This document shows positions 48,900-58,763 of a stretch of DNA of 64,000 nt, one piece after another. Both the position numbers and the translations under genes were made by a program. Under the pieces are notes generated by a model that was not told the origin of the DNA, did not search any database, and saw nothing but the letters and a program-made list of their open reading frames with translations. Source of the stretch: Dendrobates tinctorius (taxonomy: Eukaryota); NCBI RefSeq assembly GCF_039654945.1, contig NW_027361868.1:11842001-11906000 (forward strand). Direction: 5' to 3'. How positions within the stretch are numbered: the stretch's first letter is position 1; the number at the start of each line of letters is the position of its first letter.

Positions 48900-49563
48900 G
48901 GCAGCCGACACCCTTCTGAGTGGCTGGTGATTTCTCTGCTGGATTCTAGGAGACCAGTATGATTCCTGCTTCCCAAAGATAAGTTTTTGCTCTGCTATTG
49001 AACTTATTAGTTTTGGTTTTGTTTACCTTGTTTTTTGAGTTCAGCCATCCCCAGCTGGCGGTGTGCTGGATTCTTATTCCTTGATCAGTGTTCTCTTTTG
49101 CTCTGCTTTCAGAATATTCTGAGTGCTGATATAGGGTTTGAAGTCTAGTGACTTCAGGGTCCTTTTTGCTTATCAGTTGTGTTGGTAATATTTTTAGCAG
49201 GGTTTTTCCTCGGATTGCAGACAGCAGCTTTTCTGTCCTGTCCTTTTTAGTTAGCTTGGGCCCCATCGTTTGCTCAACCTATCTTTATATCTGTGTTAGT
49301 GTTTTCATCGTCATTATATGTTGGGGGCTGCCTATTGCTTTGGGGTCTGCTCTGGGGCAGTCAGTTTTTCCCTTTTCTCTCTTTAGGCTTATTTAGATCT
49401 CCGGCTGTGACAAGGTGTCTAGGATCACCGTAGGAACACTCCACGGCTACTATTAGTTGTGTGATAGGATTAGGGGTCTGCAATCCGCTAGTTTCCAACC
49501 TCTCTGATTTTCTGGGCTGAGCTTGTGTTTTGTTTTTTCCTCCTCGGTGACTCAATCATAACA
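48749..49563 (+). repeat. 3' LTR (815 bp)
   Basis: Direct repeat of the 5' LTR; TATAA at 48895-48899. Confidence 0.95.
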
Positions 49564-49690
49564 TAGAAGTCTTCAAACAGAAGCTGGACAGATATCTGTC
49601 TGGGATGATTTAGCGAATCCTGCTTTGAGCAGGAGGTTGGACCAGATGGCCCAGGAGGTCCCTTCCAACTCTACGATTCTATGATTCTAT
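49564..49690 (+). mobile_element. 3' end of the CR1 interrupted by the LTR element
   Basis: Continues the CR1 sequence after the TAGAAG duplication; ends GGTCCCTTCCAACTC...ATTCTATGATTCTAT (CR1 tail repeat). Confidence 0.9.
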
Positions 49691-49695
49691 TTTTT

Positions 49696-50004
49696 ATGGA
49701 ACAGGCCGCCACGAGAGCTGGTGAGTTCTCCTTCAATGGAAGTCTTCAAACAGAGGCTGTACAGACATCTGTCTGAGATGGTTTAGTGGATCCTGCTTTG
49801 AGCAGGGGGTTGGACATGAACTTGGAGGTCCCTTCCAACTCTAACATTCTGTTATTCTATGGTGCTTTCTCCTTCAGTGGAAGTCTTCAAACAGAGGCTG
49901 GATAGACATCTGTCTGAGATGGTTTAGTGAATCCTGCAATGAGCAGGGGGTTGGACACGATGACGCTGGAGATCCCTTCCAACTCTAACATTCTAGGATT
50001 CTAT
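49696..50004 (+). mobile_element. Two further 5'-truncated CR1 3' ends in tandem (49696-49860, 49861-50004)
   Basis: Each has GAAGTCTTCAAACAGAGGCTG...CCCTTCCAACTCTAAC and an ATTCT..ATTCTAT tail. Confidence 0.9.
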
Positions 50005-50268
50005 TATCAACCCAAACAAACCCTAAACTCTTGTGTACCGATTACCATGACCTGAAGTCATAATTGAGGTCCTTTTGATGTTTACCTTGGTTCTCTCACT
50101 TTTTTTTACATGAACCAAGTTACATATTTATGTCTTAACACTTCTCTATACCCAATGGTTGAAAACTTTTTTAAGTGTTTTTTTTCCATTTATTATAGAA
50201 TAGTAGCTGCCAGACTGTGAAGTGCATCATACTATGTGGAAGGAGAAATCCAGTAACCAGTATAACTA

Positions 50269-50369
50269 GGATTATTTCTGCTGATTATCAGGTTGGCAGA
50301 GATTCTTACAAATGGGATGAAGGGGATTAGAGGTATTTAGGTGACGTACAGCACTTGTAGATTTAATCA
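50269..50369 (+). promoter_or_regulatory. Candidate photoreceptor promoter module of PRPH2 (CRX/OTX and NRL-like sites)
   Basis: GGATTA 50269-50274, TGCTGA 50279-50284 overlapping TGATTA 50282-50287, GGATTAG 50324-50330, TAATCA 50364-50369; ~270-370 bp upstream of the ATG. Confidence 0.6.
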
Positions 50370-50634
50370 TCTGAAACTTTCAGCCATCTCCGTCGGTGGG
50401 AACTAGGCCACCAGATATAGCTGTAGATCCTCTCGATAACATTTCAGAATCGCATTTAAGTCTTGTAGAAAAAGGCATTTTCTCCCTCTATTTTTAGGGG
50501 TAGGGTGGTCAATATGAAAGAACCAAACCCTGTGCCGCCATTTATGGACTGACGGCAACCTCAAAATCGATTTATTCATCCACTGTAAGAACGATTGAAG
50601 ATTTAAGCAAAGCCCCGATCTTCACTTGGTCAAC

Positions 50635-51215
50635 ATGGCGATGATGAAAATGAAGTTTAACCTGCGGAAACGTGTCAAATTGGCTCAAGGGATATGGCTG
50701 TTGAACTGGTGCAGTGTTCTAGCTGGCATTGCTCTGTTTGCCATGGGATTGTTTCTTAAAATTGAGCTGAGGAAGAGAAGTGAAGTGATGGATAATGCAG
50801 AAAGCCATTTTGTGCCCAATTCCCTCATCGTTATGGGGGTACTGGTCTGTTCCCTTAATGCGTTTGCTGGTAAAATCTGTTACGATTCTCTGGATCCTGC
50901 AAAATTTGCAAAATGGAGGCCAATGCTGAAACCTTACCTGTTCATCTGTATGATCTTCAACATCTTCATTTTCTTCATTGCCGTATTGTGTTTGGTGACT
51001 CGGGGGTCTTTGGAGAGCACCCTGGCACATGGGCTAAAGAGCGGGATGCGTTATTACAAGGATACAGACACCCCAGGGAGATGCTTCATGAAGAAGACCA
51101 TAGATCTGCTCCAGATTGAGTTCAAATGCTGTGGGAACAATGGCTACAGAGATTGGTTTGAGCTTCAATGGGTCAGCAACCGATACCTGGACTTCAGTTC
51201 CAAGGAGGTGAAAGA
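50635..51215 (+). CDS. PRPH2: Peripherin-2 (RDS) coding exon 1, 581 nt; later exons not seen in the window
   Basis: [25 protein letters not shown]...[10 protein letters not shown]...[16 protein letters not shown]...[31 protein letters not shown]...[15 protein letters not shown]; phase-2 donor GA|GTAAGT; AACATGG Kozak context. Confidence 0.96.
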
Positions 51216-53376
51216 GTAAGTAGACACTAGTCACGTACAACGCATTGGGATACTGTCATGTTCTTTCTATACTCCGCAGGAATCTCTGATATTGTGCAGA
51301 TCACATACTAATACCATCCATATTTATACCCATTTGCGCATTGTAAAAATCATTATGATCTAATATTCACAGAGTTTCTATAAATCCATTAGGGCATAAA
51401 TTGGCTTTCCAAAATCTATAAGTCCTTAAAGATGTGATGTTTGTGGACAATACATATATTTGCAGTCCTATGTAAGGCTAAGATATCACAAATGTAATAA
51501 ATCCACAAACTAGCCACTTAATCTATGTCTACTTCAGTAGGACCGTAGGGTGGAGAGATCTATGGAGGGCGGTCACGTGCCATTTATATTACAGGTGTCT
51601 TATAGGGTTTTGATCACCCTCAGACACCCATGCGCCCATGTAAAACTGCTATCTCTGTGCTCCCTGTATCTATGCCCTTTACGTATAGGTATGTCTTAGT
51701 CATATGTGTATTCTTAGGGCTGTTTCTCTTCACTGCAGATCTGGACTAGAGTCCTTGATTGGATTATCTGCAGAATCTGGGTCATGCTGTCCATAGACAC
51801 AAGGGCAATGACCAGATAAATACTTACGTGCGACATACATGCATCGTTCCATTTGAGTTGTAATTAGCTAGTAGGCTAGAAATGTGGCAATAAGATCGAA
51901 TATGAGGACAGTCAACCCTTAGTGTCCACGTTAACCATATTGCGCACACAACTGTTCCAACCTCTTAATGCTTGACTTGATTCTCCATGTGGCCACCTAA
52001 CCTATGCCAACCGTCTTCCATCATCCTCCCTTGTAGTGTGCAAGGTCCCTGTTCTTCATCCCCCTCTTTATAGTGTTTTCTTTAACTGGTCATGGTGGCA
52101 TCTGCGTGAAAACAAACAGTTGCATTGTCTGATTGGAGATTGGGATGTGTTTTTGACCATGGAACAGAGCATGGCTTCCGTGAAATGAGGCTGGACATTT
52201 TGCATTTACATGTGATGGGTCTATCTGTCGATGTTGTCAGTTGGCTTTGGAGCGAGTAACTTTTAGGAAATGTTTTTAACTCCAAATTATTGAATTTGGA
52301 TTAAACAAAAACTTCAAGTTTGGCGCTTTTACATGGTTTTGTTTGTAACATGAAGGGAATATTCACAGGCGGCATATCAGCTTCAGACAATTCAGCGATT
52401 GTTCCATTGTTCTGAAATCCATGTGCTCGTCACCAAAAACTACATTTACTTGAGTGGAGCTGATTTTCCATAGCAGAAACGTCTTCAACTACTGTCGAGT
52501 GCGAAAGTGGGAAGAGATTTCCTATTAGTCCTTCATTTTGGGAATGAGGTAAGGCAGAAATGCACCCAATTGTAGATTGAGGGTGCCAAATTATTATTAA
52601 GGGCACATGAGGGAAATGTCAATGAATCTAGGGACCTAAATCAAATCAGAATCCACATTGAGGGATGCAAGGTCCATGGGTGTTCTGGAGATCAAACAGG
52701 TCCAGACCTTCTCCAAATCTTTTGTGGATGAAGAACTTAGAAAACTGTTGGGTTTTGTGACTCATCAGGACTCATTGTCTTAAATGGGGCATGGCTGCCA
52801 ATCCCACCTTTGTTCTATCAAATATATATGATAAAGTAATGGCATTCATGTAAAAAAATATTTTCCAGTAGCCCATTTGCCCTCTTACCTACAATACCTT
52901 ACAAGAGGCCAGACAGTTCCCTCCTGTACAAAATGAGGGAGTGGAAATAATGATGTTGAAGCTGTCACTTGATTTCTACACCGCCACTTTATATTCCTTT
53001 GTAAACTTTGTTATCGTACACACAGGGCATATCAATAAGATTTAGGGGTTTTCATGAATCATCCCACAGGAAATAGAGCTTAGTGGCAAAGGGTCCATTA
53101 TCTGGTTGACTGTTAAGGCCTGCTACTGCATCAGTCGCTTGGCCCATCAGAAGATGCTATGGTGGTCAATGTGATTCTGCAAGGATGCACTAATTATCCT
53201 CATGATTCGTATTATGTCCATGACCAACTTATGAAGTTATTTCAGATTCATGGAAAACTTTGTTGGTTAGGCTACCTCTGTTTTTAACTCAGTTTTCAGT
53301 TGCATACAAATTCTTGTACCGAGTTTGGTCATATTCAATGTAACTTGGGTGGGGGAGAGGTACGGTAAATGTAATA

Positions 53377-53610
53377 ATTTTTATTTATTTTAAACACTTA
53401 CGGTATCTCATCGCTGTCCACATCAGGGCTCACAATCAAAATTTCCTATCAGTATGTCTTTGGAGTGTGGAAGCAAACCGGAGAACTCGGAGGAAACCCA
53501 CGAAAACACGGGGAGAACGTACAAACTCCTTGAAGATGTTGTTCTTGGTGGAATTAGAACCCAGCGCTAAAATGCAACAGTGCTAACCACTGAGCCAATG
53601 TGCTGCCCAC
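53377..53610 (-). mobile_element. Second V-SINE copy
   Basis: Aligns by eye with 25035-25230 (GGGCTCACAATC...TATCAGTATGTCTTTGGA...GGAGGAAACCCACG). Confidence 0.82.
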
Positions 53611-53902
53611 TGTACAGTGCTAACCACTGAGCCAGTGTCCTGCCCACTGTACAGTGCTAACCAATGAGCCAATGTGCTGCCCACTGTACAGTGCTAACCA
53701 CTGAGCCAATGTCCTGCCCACTGTACAGTGCTAACCACTGAGCCAATGTGCTGCCCACTGTACAGTGCTAACCACTGAGCCAAAGTCCTGCCCACTGTAC
53801 AGTGCTAACCACTGAGCCAATGTGCTGCCCACTGTACAGTGCTAACCACTGAGCCAATGTGCTGCCCACTGTACAGTGCTAACCACTGAGCCAATGTGCT
53901 GC
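53577..53902. repeat. 37-bp minisatellite (~9 copies) derived from the SINE 5' head
   Basis: Unit ACAGTGCTAACCACTGAGCCAATGTGCTGCCCACTGT. Confidence 0.95.
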
Positions 53903-55253
53903 ATACTGACTTTATATGTATTAATTATGATGCATTATTATCTGTTACCACTTGATAGTTCTGATGTAGAAGTGTTGAAGGGAAGGTTATATCAAGAAGC
54001 TGCTTGCAGCAAGTGAATTGGAGGCAGACATCCCCAGTTGCCAAGGAGAGAAAAGAACAAGGCTGGAGGGAGATAGTGGTGCTGAAAAAAAGGGTCCGAC
54101 AAAGGGGAGCCTCAAAGGAGACTGGAAAGAGAACTAAATCTGCAGAGAGAGATATGTTTGCAACAAAGTGGCGCAACAGACCCCAACCCAGCCACTTTGG
54201 AACTTAACATCAATTACGTGAGGTCATGGTACATGATGGCCCCACCATGCCTGGTCAGAGCAATTGAGTGATGGACCTTGGCATAGATGTAAGTTTTGTG
54301 GCACTGTATAGCTGTGCCACAATGCTGTTGGAAAGGGACAATGTGAAGTTGTTAAAAACAGTTTTGGCACCAGAGGTTAGAAGCGGAGTGCTGTCTTATC
54401 ATGTGAAGTGGCTGGAGCACCGATTGTTGGCCTATGTAGTCGTTGGGTCTGGGCTTGTCTATAGTCTTAGCGTTATTGAGCTGGATGCTGGAACAAGAGT
54501 GCCTGTGTAAAAGCTGGGTGGTTGGTCAACTGCTTGTGAAGTGCCAGAGCAGTACGGTGCAACAAGATCCATGTAATGTCATTGAGAAGTAGGTGAAGAG
54601 TCGGGTGGTAGAATGTGTGTCTCGTCTGTGTGACATCTCATTCAGATTGTTGTCTATGCTAAGAGTCTGTGTGGACTGTTGATAACTTTTGTTCGGTAGT
54701 ACTCTGTGAGTTGTGTATGAGCTTCAGTTGTGTGGCAAACCATAGTGATGTCAGAGTGGACTGCAGGGGTGTAACTGTAATGAGTGTGGGGGTTGCAATC
54801 ACACCCAGGCCCTGGAGCCCGGGGGTGGGGTCCCAAAGGGTCCTCTTGGCCCATATGAGAAGACCAATGCTATTAAAGATGTTGACTTTGATAGCTGAGA
54901 GTCTTGTCGTAGACCTTGCATTAGGGTCCCCAATTTTTAAGTTACGACACTGGTGGAGTATGTGAAAAAAGGAGCAAGTGGCCTTCACATTGTTAGTCTT
55001 ATGGTCTGAATGTGTTGCTATCCTTTCAGCGAGTGGACTGGCTAAGAATGATGGGACATGATAACTGGATCCCTGTAAAAGTGGGGTTAAAGAAGAAACC
55101 CTTCTCTTGTGTACAGAGTAAGTACAACTAGTGTTCTGTATGTAGCAAGGTCTGTTGATATTGTGCTTTGGCGGGTTAGTCACCCCGTGTATAGTACTGT
55201 TATACGGGTACTGAATTAAAAGTTATTTAAGAATTGCTATATTATTCAACTTA

Positions 55254-55396
55254 CAGTGGGAAAGAAAGTATTTAGTCAGCCACCAATTGTGCAAGTTCTC
55301 CCACTTAAAAAGATGACAGAGGCCTGTAATTGACATCGTAGGTAGATCACAACTATGAGAGTCAAAATGAGAAAACAAATTCAGAAAATCACCTTG
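55254..55396. mobile_element. Isolated TIR fragment of a Tc1 related to the 10440..12049 element
   Basis: TA|CAGTGGGAAAGAAAGTATTTAGTCAG...GTGCAAGTT...CACTTAAAAAGATGA aligns by eye with 10440-10585. Confidence 0.85.
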
Positions 55397-55704
55397 TACT
55401 ATTTAAAGATAACATTTGAAAGGTGATCTGATCTTTAGCTACAGGCTCCAGTGCCGGGTCCCAGCAGGTCCAGTTTGTGCCCAACACAAGAAAGTGTTCC
55501 CTGTTTCAGCATTTGATCAGAGTTGTGTATGAGCCCCCTTCTCTGTCTGTTCATCAGCTGTGACTATGTAACGGGCTGACTTAGGAAATGAAATTAGTAT
55601 TGTGCCATGTCGTGACTTGGTGCAGACACATAAAAGAAAGGCTGACAGCACTCACTAAGTATGAACGCCCGCTCTCGATCGAAGGAACCCACTTGAAGAA
55701 GTAG

Positions 55705-55959
55705 CAACAGTCAGGGTAAATGAGATCAGTGTCCAATCTAGATGTAGAAATTCAAATGCAAAGGAACTTTATTCCGCCATATGAAGCATACAGAGCATAC
55801 AACGTTTTGACCTCCAGCAGGTCTTTGTCAAGTAGATACTTGACAAAGACCTGGTGGAGTCGAAATGTTGTATGCTCTGTATGCTTCATATGGCGGAATA
55901 AAGTTCCTTTGAATTTCTACACCTGGATTGGACGCTGTTCTCATTTACCCTGAATGTTG
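55705..55959. mobile_element. Fold-back element with back-to-back hammerhead-like motifs (Penelope-like, non-autonomous)
   Basis: ~125-bp inverted arms centred near 55835; each arm reads (A)UAC-UUGACAA-A-GAC(C)..(G)GUC-[G/A]AAA[C/U]-GUU-GUAU followed by AATAAA. Confidence 0.7.
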
Positions 55960-56040
55960 TGACTTGGTGGTCACAGGACGTCTGGAGGTGCTGGCCAACA
56001 CGATTGGGAAAGACTGGTGCAACTCCACAGGTAGCACTTA

Positions 56041-56495
56041 AGGGAAGTTGTCCACTACTTGGTCAACTCCTTCTCATACCCCACACTTGGCCCCCCAAAA
56101 ATAATAAAGCTTATACTCACCTCCTGTGCTGGTGCCGTTCCCGCAGTGTTGGCACTCTGTCTCACGGGGCTCCCGTGCTGTTGTGACACGTGACGCTAGC
56201 GCCAAAACAGTGCGGGCCTCACTGTCTCTTGTCAAATTGAACAGAAAGAAGAAGTCCGAGATCAGCTGCAGCCTGGACTTCCTCTTCATGATCAATTTGT
56301 CCGAAAGCGGGAACAGTGACTTCAGCGTTGATTGGGCGCCGACATCACACTTTGCAATAGCCGCATGAGCCCCCGAACCGCGAGTGCCGACACAGCTGGG
56401 ACGGTGCCTGCACGGGAGGTGAGTATAGGCTTTATTATATTATGGGGCCAAATATTTTGATCCAGAAGGGGTTGTCCTAGTAGTGGACAACCCCT
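56041..56495. mobile_element. Kolobok/T2-like MITE
   Basis: TTAA-flanked; GTTGTCCACTACT / AGTAGTGGACAACCCCT termini; internal TATACTCACCTCC / GGAGGTGAGTATA. Confidence 0.8.
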
Positions 56496-56995
56496 TTAAG
56501 TGGGCAGGCTGTGGGTAGGGAATATCAGTTTGAAGATCATCTAATCAAACCCTGGACACAACCCAACTTTCAGTGGACAAGTGAAGTATTGGACAGACCA
56601 CAGCATTAGTGAGGGTCAGCTCAGAAAGAAACTAGGAAATTAAATTTAGCAACATTCAAGTAATTACCTAGTTCTAGTAAGAGTAATCTGCAACCACCGA
56701 GCTTATTGTGCTTCTCTGTGTGTTTGCAACCATCAAGCGTAAAAACATCTGATAACTGCTACCAGGATATTGGGGCACTTGAGCCCTGGTGGCTGTGAGT
56801 GCCCATTGTCCTCTTTCCCACATAAGAAGTCACTGGTATTGTAAATGGCACTTGGTAAATTGGGGCGATGTTGCAGATTATGCATTTTGGATCAAGAACT
56901 TAAAGTTCCGCCTCTGATTGCTACAAACTGCAGTAATTTTATAAGTTGATCACTATAACAACTTCATACATATAAATGTCCTGTGCTCTAATATA

Positions 56996-58763
56996 CATTT
57001 GATTATAAAAAGTCTACACACCCCTGTCAAAATGCCAGGTTTTTGTTATGTAAAAAATTCATACCGAGAAGAATTATTTCAGAATTTTTTCCACCTTTAA
57101 TGTCACCCATAATCTGCACAATTCAAGCAAACTATAAACTGAAATCTTTTCAAGTGGAAAGGAAAAAAAAGAACTAAAATAATGTGGTTCCATAAATATG
57201 CACACCCTTAAACTAATACTTTGTAGAAGTCCCCTTTAATTTTATCACAGCATTCACTCTTTATTGGGTAGGATTCTATAAGCATGGTACATATAGAATT
57301 GGCAATCTCTTCCCACTCTTCCTTGCAGTAGCCCTAGATGTCAGATTGTGGGGGCATCTCCTGTGTACAGCGATATCTTCGGGTCAGGCATAGATTTTCA
57401 ACTGGATTCAGGTCTGGGCTTTGGCTGGGCTATTCCAAAACTTTGATCTTCTTTTGGTGAAGTCAATCTTTTGTTGATTTAGAGGTATGCTTAAGTTTGT
57501 TGTCATGCTGAGAGGTGAATTTCCTATTCCTATTTGGCTTTTTAGCAGAGATCTGAAGGTTTTGTTGCAAAATCGACTGATATTTGGAACTGTTCATAAT
57601 CCCATCTACCTTGGCTTAAGCTCCAGTTCCAGCAGTTGAAAAATAGTCCCGAAACAATATGCTGCTTCCACCATGCTTCACTGTGGGTATGGTATTCCTT
57701 TGGTGATGCGCAGTGTTGACTTTGCGCGAAACATACTTTTTAGAATTATGGCCAAAAAGTTCAAACTTGGTCTCATCAGACCATAACACATTTTCCCATG
57801 TGCTTTTGGCAGTTTTGATGTAGGTTTTGGCAAAACAGAAGCAAGCTTGGATATTTGTCTTTGTAAGAAAAGGCTTCCGTCTTGCCACCCTAGCCCACAG
57901 GCCAGACATATGATGAACATGGAGATTATCACATGCAGGACACATCCGGTACTTGCCACAAATTCCTGCAGTTCCTCTAATGTTGCTGTAGGCTTCATGG
58001 CAGCCTCCTGGACCAATTTCCTTTTTGTATTTTCATCAATCTTCGAGGGACGTCCAGTTCTAGGTAATGTCAATATTGGGACAAATATAAGTCACTTCTT
58101 TTTGAGTGTCTTCACCATGTTCTATGGTATATCTAATGCCTTGAAAAAAAATTTTGTACCCTTCTCCAGACTGATAACTTTTAAAAATGAAATCCCTTTG
58201 CTGTGTTGTAAGCTGTTTATGCAACTAATAAAGTTGCTGTAAAAACCTACTATCCTTTATTTGAAGTTAATCAGAATCACAGTAAATGATGGCAGCTGTG
58301 TACTGACTACTATGCAACATGAGAGCAAGGCCGGGGTCACACATGCGAGAAACTCACACGATTCTTGTGCGAATCTCTCGCATCAACATCCGGCACTGTA
58401 TAGAAATACATGCAGCCGCATGCTCCGGTCCGAGTGACGGCGGCAGTGCCGGGTGTTGATGCGAGAGACTCGCACGAGAATCATGCAGCTTTCTCGCATG
58501 TGTGACCCCGGCCTAAATGTGATTGGTTCATTGTGATTACAACCACATCCCCAATTATAATCACACTTATGCAACTGCATTATTTTAGTTTTGTTATTTT
58601 TTTTCCCCCAAAATGATTTTAGTTTGTTTAGCAATGGATTTGTACATATTCTAAATGATATTAAGGGTGGAAAACGTTCTGAAATGATTCTTCTTGGTTT
58701 GATATTTTACATGACAAAAACCTGACATTTTAACAGGAACGTGTAGAGTTTTTATATCCACTG
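56996..58763 (-). mobile_element. Degenerate Tc1-family transposon (second family)
   Basis: TA-flanked inverted termini (TATAAAAAGTCTACAC / GTGTAGAGTTTTTATA); frameshifted transposase pieces LPRTGRPSKI and [16 protein letters not shown]...IPTVKHGG on the minus strand. Confidence 0.9.
58329..58513. mobile_element. PIF/Harbinger-like MITE nested in the degenerate Tc1
   Basis: GGCCGGGGTCACACATGCGAGAAA ... TTTCTCGCATGTGTGACCCCGGCC. Confidence 0.85.

Larger units (their letters stand above)
43739..49563 (+). mobile_element. Full-length Ty3/Gypsy chromovirus (Tf1/sushi-like) LTR retrotransposon
   Basis: TG...CA LTRs 43739-44557 and 48749-49563; flanking duplication TAGAAG; polypurine tract AAGGGGGAGG just before the 3' LTR; gag-PR-RT-RH-IN-chromo order. 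Confidence 0.97.

Noticed and set aside
50626-50634. ORF-track start upstream of the PRPH2 ATG
   Set aside because: Non-ATG (TTG) start; the ATG at 50635 has good Kozak context and matches the known peripherin-2 N-terminus.
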